Translations under genes and position numbers: made by a program
Part shown: positions 12,712-31,918 of the stretch, in pieces
Position numbering within the stretch: position 1 is the stretch's first letter
Layout of the letters: every line of letters starts with the position of its first letter
The notes under the pieces: model-generated
Databases searched by the model: none
The model's input: only the letters and a program-made list of their open reading frames with translations
Told to the model about the DNA's origin: nothing
NCBI GenBank assembly: GCA_964188305.1
Contig: OZ076895.1
Length of the DNA stretch: 64,000 nucleotides
DNA from: Podarcis bocagei
Taxonomy: Eukaryota
Reading direction: 5' to 3' (one strand)

Positions 12712-13790
12712 TATTCAGGGTCACTGAAACAAAGAGAGATTGTGAAGAACTCCAAAATGACCTTGTCAAACTGAGTGAAGTGGGAGATAATAGCAAATGC
12801 AATTCAGAGAATGGTAGAGTTGGACAGGACTTGCTTTATTCCAGAAGGCCTTTTAATGGTAGTTTAATTTTATAGCTTTCTTCACTGATTCTCATCAGTT
12901 GTATTGTATCTTTGTAAACAACTTAGTCTGTTGTAGCTAAATGGTATGTAAATTGTTTTAGTAAACCAGAAATAAAGTTTATAAAATGTGTGGCACGGAG
13001 AAAAGCTTTTCTCCCTCTGTTCCCAACACTCGAACTCGTGGCCATCCGATAAAGCTGAACGTTGGAAGATTCAGGAACGATAAATGAAGGCACTACTACA
13101 ACTAATACTACTTCATAGCTGAACTTTGGAATGTGCTCCCACCGGAGGAGATGATGGCCACCAACTTGCAAAATACAAATTTATGGAGGAGAGGGCTATT
13201 GGTGATGGCTATTAGCTATGATGACTATGTTCCGCCTCTGTGGTTGGAGGCAGTAGTGCTTTTGAGTTCCAGTTGCTGGAAACCACAAGAGGGTAGAGCA
13301 TAGGCGCCGACTCCATGGGGCTTGAGGGGGCTCGAGCCCCCTCAAAAAAATTATTGGGGGGGCTCAGCCCCCCCAATAATCTCGGGCGGGCGCCCTTTCA
13401 GCAGAGCGCCGCCGCCGTCCCCCGCCTCCTCCTCACCTGCTCCTTCGCCAGCCAGCCAGCCGCGCGCCCTAATCGGAGGCACTGCCGGAAATCCCGCGAG
13501 AACAGGGGAATCCCGACTGGCCACACCTCCCAGCCAGCCAATCGGCTGGCTGGGGGGGCGTGGCTTGCCCTTTTTAGGGCCGGAGCCACTTTATTTGCAT
13601 ATTCATGAGCTTATTTATTATTCATGAGCTTTCCCGGGCCCCCCCAATATTTTTTCTAAGTCCGCGTCCCTGGGGTAGAGTTCTCTTGTGCTCATGTCCC
13701 ATTTGTGGGATTCCCATAGGCCAGCCACTGTGAGGACAGGATACTGGATTAACTGGGCCAATTGCCCTGATCCAGGAAGCTCTTCTTATG
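12712..13790 (+). mobile_element. CR1 LINE fragments (RT piece and 3' end)
   Basis: LFRVTETKRDCEELQNDLVKLSE, TRGHP-KL-VGRFR, and 3' terminus CTCTTCTTATG; interrupted by a hAT element. Confidence 0.75.
13299..13672. mobile_element. GC-rich non-autonomous hAT element nested in CR1
   Basis: Perfect 8-bp TSD GGGTAGAG (13291-13298 and 13673-13680); imperfect TIR CATAGGCGCCGACT / CAGGGACGCGGACT. Confidence 0.85.
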
Positions 13791-14555
13791 CTGTTGTGTA
13801 CTGCCCTGAAAACTTCGTTGATCATCATCTTCTTCTTCCTTGGAAATATTGCCTCTGACAGCTGAGACAGAACATAGCCATCAAGCCTAGTAGCCATTGG
13901 TTGCCGTAAGGCTATCCTAAATTCCTGACAATGTCAAGAATACTGGTGCGTCTTTGCATTACTTTACCAAACATGCTTTCTTGGAGGTAAAAACAAAATA
14001 AAAACAGGAGCATGCTCTTATCTATGTCAAGTACCTGAGATAAGCTTGTGCCACAGAATGCTCTTTACAGTATTTAATGCCGCTTAATGGATTTTTCGCC
14101 CCATCCGTGTGTGTAGCTTTCAGCCACTACAACTTGCTTTGATATTGCTCATGGAATAAAACCTATTATTTTCTCATTGTGAAAGTCCTTTTATGCACAG
14201 TGTAATTGGTACTTAACATTCACTTCACAGTCTGGACTGTAAGCTCCCAGTGGACCAACCGATCTCTCACTAGCCAGCTCCATCTGTTTCCAAATTTGTT
14301 TTGGAATCCCAGGAACAGACAGGAGGCGTCTTCCACCACTGCGGGTGCTTACTTGGGAAAATATCTCAAATTCCTGGGAGCCACATTTAATATAACTTTA
14401 TAAATCAAGAGCTTTTCCAAATTCTAGCACCAACTGTTTAAGTATCTAAATGACCAGATGTTTACAGTTCCAGTCTGAATGGTTTTCATCTGCATTTGCC
14501 TCTTTGCTTGCATAATACCTGTTTCTTGCATTTCTTTATGTCTTTATTGCATTTA

Positions 14556-14867
14556 CAGTGGTGCCCCGCAAGACGAATGCCTTGCAAGACGGAAAACCCG
14601 CTAGACGAAAGGGTTTTCCGTTTTTGAGCTGCTTCGCAAGACGATTTTCCTTATGGGCTTGCTTTGCAAGACGAAAATGTCTTGCAAGTGTTCCAATTTT
14701 TTTTCGCTTTCCCCCCCTTTTTCTAAGCCGCTAAGCCACTAATAGCCTTTTAGCCGCTAATCCGCTAAGCCTTTAATAGCCGCTAAACCGCTAATAGGGT
14801 TGCTTCGCAAGACGAAAAAACCGCTAGACGAAGAGACTAATTAATTTCATCTTGCGAGGCACCACTG
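14556..14867. mobile_element. Tc1/mariner (Tigger-like) MITE
   Basis: TIR CAGTGGTGCCYCGCAAGAYGAA, TA TSD, internal GCAAGACG and CCGCTAA repeats. Confidence 0.88.
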
Positions 14868-17800
14868 TATATCCCATCTTCCCTCCAAGGAGCTCAGGGT
14901 GGTGTACGTACCTTTCCTCATTCCTATTTTATCCTCACAAAATTGTTTAAATGTGGGTTTTAAAACTAGTTCTAACATTAGAATTTACAGTTTGTGGAGA
15001 ATATTCTCCAGAGAATTTTCTAGCAGAGTATATTTTCTAGAATATTCTAGAATATGTCTACTGTAAAAGGTTGATGAGACTGGACTTTCTCGTGAAATCC
15101 ATCAATGTAGATTTTTATTGCTGAAGCAGAAACTGTTACCCAAAGTTTCAGTTTTTGGGATGTGGAAGTGAAGGGATCCCATGTCACTAAATTTAGGTGG
15201 GCCTCACAGGTTTTAATATATTTGAGCTTGTGTGTGGTAAAGTTTGCCTTTAGGGAAAACATTGGTATTGATAGGTGGGCTTTTCCTCAACAATTTTAAT
15301 TTTTGTTGCAGATAAACTCAACTGAGAAGAACACAATTGTGATGTTGCTGAAGAAGATTCATAGAAAAAATTTCTGGATGATCATTGACTGACGGCTTTG
15401 CCTGATGTGGTTTAGTGAGCATCACAATAGCCAGAACAAGTTGTTCTACATTCCTTTATTTGAATTACCAGGTAGAGGTCTTTGTTTTGTTTTTGTCCTT
15501 AAATTAAGCTGTGCTCTGAGATGTGCTTGTAGCTAAAGTAGATTTATAACCAGTAATAAAAGTCTGCTGTTGTCATACTCCCAGTTTCTTTTATAGTAAA
15601 TCTTTTAAAAAGATAACTATAAGTCTATATTACTCTGGGCAAACACTCTTTCTGTATAATGGTAGGGTATACCTAATATAATTTTCTCAATAGTAATTGC
15701 ATGGGTGGAACCAATCTTAAATGTCTTGAATAAATTTACATAGGAAAAATGTCTACAGATAATGAAAACATGTTCTCTGTTGTAGGCACACCTGTCTCCT
15801 GAGGTATAAGCTCTTTATACTCCAAAGCATGTTGTGTTCAAAACACACAACTTAATTAGGATTCTTACTGCAGTCTATAATTCCCTCTTTGTCAATGCAG
15901 GAGGCAACTGTTTTGTGGACAAGTCAAAGCCTATTTGGATTTATTTCCATGAATAGGTAACTGTGATCCCCATATAACTGATGAAACTGTAGCATTCCAT
16001 GTAATTGGAAATCTTGCCATTTTTTAAGCAATAAAGGCATATTGCCTTGCTGGTATCTACATGTAGGAACCATTTTCCTTAATGTTATTGGGCAGGGGTG
16101 GCCAAATTCATAAGCCCGGAAGGGGAGGGTGAGAGTACTGGAAGTGTGTTTTAACTGGGTCTCTTTGTGCCTGCCACCCACCCCTCCAATTCCCCTTCCT
16201 TGCCCACCTCCTTCCTGTCTGGCTTGCTCTCCTGATTTGCCAGCCACCACCTCTGCTCCTAGGGGAATCTCCTTCCCCAGGGATGGGGTCAGGACATCCT
16301 TGACACCCCCTCCCTCTCTGTGAGGTCAGGTGGCCCCAGAGCGGCTTTGGGTGGGGACCCTCTTCAGAATCACTGCTTGGACTGTTCTCAACCCTCAAAT
16401 TGAGACTGGGGCCCAGTGGCAGTATGTCAGGCTCCTCCTTTACACCATGGCCCAAACTGCTGCTACCTCCCATCCTGGGGTCATCATCTTCTTCCTCCTC
16501 TTGACACACTCTGCCAATCACACCCTGCCCCCAGCAGAGTCATGTAGATCACAACACTTGGTAGCAAGTTTAGTACTTAGGCAGTAATGTGGAAACATAC
16601 GGCCCTACTTCAAGTGGGGCCAATTCACATTAGGAAATAAATCCTATTGATATCTTATATATCATATTTTTTGTCCTTTTCTGTTCTGACTAAATGTTTC
16701 TGAGATAACCCCTCAACCATGTTTTGGTGTGTTATTTTAATCTGAATGTAGGAACCATCAAAGATTTAAAAAGGTGGTTAGAGATGGAGTCATTGCACCA
16801 TTTTTTGACTTCATTTCAGACCACTTTGATTTGCGTTCGTCACAACATTCAACATGTCATGGAACCGTCTAGACACAATGCGGCACATTTCTGTAATGTA
16901 CATTATGTACTGGATTATCTTTTCAGTTAGGGAATAGCATTGCACTCTCATAGCCTAGTCTTCCATTAACATTCATCTGGCAGCAATTCCTGCTCACTTT
17001 GTTCCCGTTGAAAGCTAATCAGGTTTCTCTTACTGCATGAAACAACTTCTTACAGAATTGACTCAGGCTTCCTCCTGTTCAGACTTCCTGGCCTAAGAGG
17101 ATGCTTCATGTTCTGTCACCGCTGATGACTAAACAGTCTGAACCAGTAGCAACACGTTTAATGGATTATCTCACCATCAAGGTTGCGGTTTTGAAGACAA
17201 TCATTTCAGTGAGAAAAGTGTATGGAAATGATTGTGCTTCATTGTGGTCTGCGATTCTTGATGGTGCATAAGGACTGCCTTGCATTAAGGCCTATTTTGG
17301 AATTACTACCATATTCATTTCACATTAAGCAAACCACAGTTTTGTCAATCATCTTTTCAAATCCTTCAGATGAGCAGAAGTGTGAATTGCATTCATTAGA
17401 TGTCCATACGGCCATTTGATTTTTACTTGCATTGCACTTGTGAGTTTAGAAAAAGAGGTGCTAAATTTCATTGACTGTTCAAGAAGGAGTAGAGCTTTTT
17501 GAGCTTCTTCCCAGACCCTTGCTAGGTTTATTATTTCTGGAGATTCACACATCCTCCACAAGAAGCTCAGCCATCTTCAGCACTGCAGACATGTGTCTCA
17601 GTTGCAGCTGTCTGGATGCCAGCAAAGTGGAAGTAGCAGAATGCAATGGCCATTGAGGGCAGAAATTAAACCAGGGTTGGAAGAGCAGTGTTGCAGGGTG
17701 ATGGACTTCTATTCCCTCTGCTCAGTAGGGAATGCTATAGTCCCCCCATTTGTGGGATTGCACGCTTACTGGGAAACTGCTGTTGTGCAGTCACTTAGCC

Positions 17801-18566
17801 AGCCCACCCTCCTGGTTTAAAGGCTGCAGATACCATTGATGCACACCTGCAGCATTAGGAAGAAGCTGAACAGGTTTTTTGGCAGGCGAGCTTGGGGGAC
17901 AAAATGCCAGTTAAAGGGAGGGATGGGAGAGCCTCATGCTCAAAGTTCTAGGCGTCTCTGAAATTTGGCCTGTGTTCGTATGGGATTTGGCCAAAGAACA
18001 GCAGTTACCGGTAATCACAATTTCTGTTTTACTATATTGAGCCACTCCTGGACTGGAAATTTCAAGCCTGTTTTTGTATATTGATCAGATTGTGGATGTG
18101 AGACCTGTGGTTTGGATTTGCACACAATGATGTTTGTGGCGATGCTGAAGCACAAGTAAATATCCTCATTGCCAGGGAAAACAGTAACGTCCAGATTGGC
18201 TGCAAGGCTGGTAAAGAAGTGGGTGGATTGGATCATGCAGCTAAAGTCAGGATGTGGCCTGTGAAATGAGTACAGAGGTAGCCAATGTGGTGCCCACTCA
18301 ATGTAGTTGGGCGCCCACCTGTATGCTGAAGCTCAGTCTTGAAACTTTGCCTATGAGAGAGAGGTTTACTGTCCATTTACTGCCAGTGGTGTCTGTTGCT
18401 TTATTTCTTTGTTGTCTTCTCCTACACATGGGGAGTTGCTTATGTTAATGAATATAAATTAGGTAGTGAGAGTGGAGAGGTTTCTGTGCTTTAACCTCAA
18501 TCATTAGAATGATTAAAGTATTCTCCCTCCCCTTTCCCCTCTTCTTTCCATTCCAGGATTTTAAGG

Positions 18567-26846
<8,280 letters not shown>

Positions 26847-28773
26847 TGCCGCCACCTGCTCCTGTCACCGTGACTTGCCCTGGGTGGGAGATGGAAGCTG
26901 CTGGGAAAGGCGCATCCCAGTCCCTTGGTGACCTCAGGAAAACGCCAGGATGTTGCGGTTTTGTTTTGTAAGGTTTTGGAAGTTTGTTTCTTCTTTCAGC
27001 AAGACGTTGGCTAACGACTGGATTGAGCTGTGGGAAGCGCTTCAGGCAGAGATTGCGGTCTTTGAGCACATCTTCCCTTATGGGAAGGCTTTTTCGAGTA
27101 ACTGGAATGTACAGAGTTTGTCAGAGGCTGTTCCTTATGTCTCTGTGTATTTTTGTTTCATGTGGCTTTTGCCAGTTTGTAACGCTTAGGGAGAGGGGCG
27201 GCAAAAGGGAAGTTCTCTGGCTCATGCCACCTCTGCAGTTCATAACACCAGAGGTTGTGAATTGTTGTGCAGTCAGAATGGTAAGGTAACACAGAGTTGC
27301 AAGATTAACTTGAGCGGGCAGCAGAATCACCTTCAAAAAGTTAAGGGTTCTAAGAGTTATGGGTTAAGGACATAGATTCCTTGGGATTATTTACACACTG
27401 ACAGAGTACTCCTTTTGAATGTACCTAGGATACGTCAAAGAGGTGCTGTTATTAAAATGCCGTAATAATCCACACTCATTTCTGGTTCTATGGTGTCAAA
27501 GTCTTCCTCTTTTTTCCACAAGGCTGTTAAACCATTTTTTCTCATAAAAGAGGAGGAGGACGGGAATTAATGTGGTTAATTTTGGCTTGAGAAGATGAAC
27601 AGCACGGTCGGGTCGTCATCAACGAGCATTTGCACTTGACAGTTTTGCCATATTGTACTGGTCTGTTGTAACAAAAAGCACAAAGACTTTTGTGGCACTT
27701 TCAAGACTTAACACATTTATTATTTGTCATCAACGGTGCCACTACTGCACAATGGGAAATTACTGAAACATTCAAGGAGATGGGAGATTTCATTCCCCTT
27801 CTTTATGGTGAAGGGAACTTATCTGCTCATCTTTGTGAGGCACTAGAAGAGCTAGAGAGAAGTGATTATGTAAATTTCTTCAGCTTCTATTGTCCAGTGG
27901 GTACAGAGTGGAACTGCTGTGTCCATAATTGCTGACTCTTGACTGTTTCAGTACATCCCCATCCCTCAGTTAACGGTGCCGTCGCAATCTTGGTGATGAC
28001 CTTTAATTTGAAATGTCAAGATGAGATACTCACTTGCCACTGTTCTTACTCCGCGGAAAAGCAGACAGTCTGACAGTGTAGATTTTGTTCTCTCAGTTCT
28101 TCTCTGCTTGCCTATCGATTGTGTCTTTATTACATGGTCAGTGAAATTCTGAGGGAATTGTCCTTCCCACCCAGTCTACTGCCTTATTGCTCCACAGGAA
28201 CAAGCTGCCTTTTCTCTTGACTTTTTCAAGCATTCCATTTAGGTTTGGACCTGGAGCTAAGTTCGTTTTGGATTCCAGCTGTACTGTACTTGCTCTCATA
28301 GTAAAGGCCAGCCAGCCTTGCCCACAGTATGGTCAGTGTTCCCTTTTAATTTCTGCTACCGATTTCTCCCTAGCCTGCTGACTTGTAGGCCTGTATACTG
28401 CAGGCATTCAGCATGAAGCCACTGTGCAGTTTGCCACAATGGGTAGCTCTTGTTCAAGACTGGGATAGATTTACACCAGCAAGATTATCTCCAAACACTG
28501 ATTAACTGGAGTATTGTATTTCCCCTAAGTGTGATGGCCCCTCACTGTCATGAGTAGCGCTATAACTTGGCACACTACTTGTCAAGGTTGGTTTGGACCA
28601 GTCTTGCCAGTGGCAGATTGTTTTGTGGGAAAGGAGGGTTTTTAGGGGACATTTCAGTTTGACTTGCTGCATTTGGGCTGTTTTACAAGGTTAGAGATGG
28701 TGACGACTTTTATTATCAAAATTACATTTGCTTTGGTTTTGGATATGTATTTAAATGGACTTTGCTTTTCTTG

Positions 28774-28779
28774 AATAAA
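28774..28779 (+). terminator. Probable CCDC134 polyadenylation signal
   Basis: AATAAA ending a ~1.9 kb repeat-poor, UTR-like stretch. Confidence 0.55.
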
Positions 28780-28865
28780 AAAGAAAATTGTAAAAAAAAA
28801 ATGCAAACATTTGTCACTGGCTTGTGAGGCATGGTTCTTGATAGCATGGGAAATACTTTTTACGA

Positions 28866-29095
28866 TTGTCAATGAAGACATTCAAACTCAGGATGCAAGG
28901 GAGAAACGTGCTAAGAGGAAGGCACGCTTGGCAAATCCACACCATGATCAACTCCCTCCCAGAAACCAATGTCCCCACTGTGGAAAGACGTGTGGATCCA
29001 GAACTGGCCTCCACAGTCACTTACGAACTCATTGTTAAAACCGTGTTTATGGAAGACAATCTTACTCGGCTATGAGTGATCGCCAGAGAAGAAAA
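28866..29095 (+). mobile_element. RTE-type LINE 3' end
   Basis: C-terminal zinc finger CPHCGKTCGSRTGLHSHLRTH and a GAA-rich tail. Confidence 0.8.
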
Positions 29096-30607
29096 GACAG
29101 ACTCTCTTTAATGTGTGACGTAAAAGTAGGACTGTTTCAATGTTGTTTTCTTGGCTGGAGATGAAGCAGCAGGTTTTTCAGTTCCAAATACATGTAGCAT
29201 TTTTAGAGATGGTTTTCTAATCAGTTTGCAACATCAAACACCTGCAACAAATACCCAAAGCTGATCATTTCTCTCTAACAGTGCCCAGTCCTAAAGTTTA
29301 CAGAAAGCTGCTTTATACCATCTAGCTCAGTATTGATTACACTGACTGGAAACAGCTTTGTAGGATTTCAGGCAGGGAGTCTCTCCCAGTCCTGCCTGAA
29401 GATGCTGTGGATTGAACACAGAACATAAGAATATAAGGTGTGTGTGTGTCCCCGTGTCCACCAAAAATGCCCTCGGATTACACGGTAAACTTTACATCAT
29501 ATGAAACAAGGAGGAAACTAAAGATATTTTGCATGGAAATTTACCCTAGGACATAGAATAGTGACAGAACTTCTAATTTAGGGAAACTTTCTTCAGTTAG
29601 TCACCTTTTTGTTTTTATCTTTGCTCACTAATATATTAACTGAACACTCAAAACTTGTAGTAAGTGTTCTTGAATTCCATCTTGCCCACTTCCTTTAATC
29701 TGAAAGGCCAAGGATGCCATCCAAAACACATGAGCTTTAATGTTGTGTAATATATGGGGATGGAACATCCATGAATTAATCATTCAAGGGTATTAGATAT
29801 GGCCAGTATCCTTGGTTTTTTATCTTCAGTATGGCTCTCTGCCGCTGCTCCTTACATCAAACACAACTTTTTGTATCCTGTTGACTCTGTAAAACTGATG
29901 CAGCAGTGCTAACCAGATACAAGAAGAAACTTAATCCACTGGTGCTTGGCAAAGTGTTGGCATCAACTTTTCTTCTTGAAGCACATCTGAGAATGTGAAC
30001 ATGCCCCATTTATTACTTTCAATCCCTATTTAAACCTGCACTGCCACCTCTTGAATAATCCAGTGAAAGTATGGCACTATTTATTTGGATAATTGATTGA
30101 AAAGCAATGGTGGAAGTGGGAGAGAAGCAACAGATGCTGGACCACAGAATAAGATTTCATGCATTGTAGGACTTAACACTTATCTTTGAGTTCTAGAAAA
30201 AACAGGCAATCCCCTCCTATCACTGCTGACGGGAAAGGTCAGGAGCTGTTTTCACAGTGACACTCCTCAGCTGCTTCCTGTAACCTTGGAGAAACACGCA
30301 ATCATGGATCATTTCTGGATAATGCATGTATTTTGTGATGTTGTTTTAAAAGTGTTTGCATAGGAAGAACACTGTATTCCTGGTCTTGGCACAGAAAGCT
30401 ATAACTCTGATATGCATATATAAACAACTGAAAGAGACCATGCCATTGACAAATATAACATGTGAAGTGTCTTTGAATGGAGGCTTAAATAAGATTTAAA
30501 TCCTTAGAATACTGAGGAAAAAACGAGATGAAAATATTAGGTTCCATACGAAATACCTTGCTCAAGATGCTCCTTTTTTAAAAATGGGCTGGGAAAGTGC
30601 ACATATA

Positions 30608-30830
30608 AAGATTTGGCGATCACTCGTAGCCAAGTAAGATTGCCTTCCATGAACACAGTCTTAACAGTGAGTCCGTAAGTGACTGTGGAGACCAATTCTG
30701 GATCCACACGTCCTTCCACAGTGGGGACATGGGTTTCTGGGCAGGAGTTGATCACGGTGAGGGTTTGCCAAATGTGCCTTCCTCTTAGCTCATTTCTCCC
30801 TTGCGTCCTGAGTTCGTGCTTCTTCAAAGT
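30608..30830 (-). mobile_element. RTE-type LINE 3' end (inverted relative to 28866-29095)
   Basis: Homologous to 28866-29095 on the opposite strand. Confidence 0.8.
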
Positions 30831-31543
30831 CCTTGACATCTTTGGTAAAGGCACAGTGTCTAATAGCATCAGCTATAGTAGCAAGCAATTTGTCATATCT
30901 AACAAATAGAGCACCCAGTATGGAATTGCATCCCCATAAAGACCCATCATGGTCTAGAAAGACTTGACTTCTCTTCTCAAGCTGAAACCTGTGGTGAAGT
31001 TGATTTTATTACTTATGCATAATTCTATTTGGAAAAGTAAGCCTAGAGCCACTTGACCAAACCTGTCAATGCTCAATCCTGAGGGTTGAGTTTTGACTGC
31101 CGCGATTTGTTCAAAAGGTTTGTGCAAAGGAGGTAAGTAAATCATTCATTTCGAACTGCAATGATCAAATGCAGACTTCCCGCCCCACTACACCCAGACC
31201 GACGAAGAGACCAGGATAACTCGAAAGCTTGCTCCTTATTTTGGCATTTTGACCGTTCATTATAGAGGTATTGCCTGACTCTGGATGTTAGGACTTCCCG
31301 CTACGGGACCAACACACTTCGTTTTTGGTTTGCTCGTGCGGCGCACGGTGTCACAGTCTAGTACGGCGGCGATCCCGTTCCTCTGCTGGAGGGACGGAGG
31401 GGCGCCCTGTCACTTTCAAGTTCAAACCCGAACACGGGTTAGATCTCCGCCCCCTTATGCATATTCAAATCCAGCGAGGCGGGCCGCCCGGGAGGGGATT
31501 GCCCGGCCGCACGCTAACGAAAGCTGCTGATCGCTGACGCGCC

Positions 31544-31576
31544 ATCACACCACGAGCCGCTCTGCCCGCTGATTGG
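31544..31576 (+). promoter_or_regulatory. Sterol regulatory element plus inverted CCAAT (NF-Y) box
   Basis: ATCACACCAC 31544-31553 (SRE-1 is ATCACCCCAC) and ATTGG 31572-31576; same layout as the autoregulated mammalian SREBF2 promoter. Confidence 0.8.
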
Positions 31577-31833
31577 CCGGCGGGGACCTGGTCTCATTGA
31601 CAACAAGCCCAGGCCGCAGCGGTGGCTCCTCGCAGGTGGATGGGCGGAGTAGGCGGAGGCTGGGCCAAGATGGCGCCGCCGCGCGGGGCCGGGAGCCTCG
31701 GGAGCCTGAGCTGAGGCAGCGCCGCCCGGCCGGGAAGGGGTTAACGCGCTGGGTGTCACCCCGGCCGCTCCCTGGGACGGGCTGCTGACTCGCGGGCGGC
31801 GGCGTCGGAGGAGCCGGTTGCGCCTCGCCGGCG

Positions 31834-31918
31834 ATGGAGAGCGGCGAGCTGAGCAGCATGGAGACCATGGAGACCCTGACGGAGCTCGGCGACGAGCTGA
31901 CGCTGGGCGACATCGACG
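31834..31918 (+). CDS. SREBF2: SREBF2 exon 1
   Basis: [28 protein letters not shown]; donor GTGAGT. Confidence 0.95.

Larger units (their letters stand above)
9838..14455 (-). pseudogene. Decayed SPIDR-like (DUF4502/DUF4503, OB-fold) gene nested antisense in CCDC134 intron 1
   Basis: Ordered - strand blocks (14455-14034, ~12470-11000, 10788-10615, 10172-9838) resemble successive SPIDR segments, e.g. CNPCLRLLASPVHCRTIL..LLRFSQEASWISGYE vs CGDCSRVVTSPVLKRHL..LLRFAAGEDGSYE. In-frame stops, frameshifts and TE insertions. By-eye comparison only. Confidence 0.6.

Noticed and set aside
15047-15262. KLWVTVSASAIKIYIDG resembling a collagen TSPN/LamG strand
   Set aside because: Isolated short similarity with no other collagen-like exons.
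16108-16557. 137-aa acidic - strand ORF
   Set aside because: Looks like an LTR-like repeat fragment (TG start, purine-rich); not confident enough to classify.
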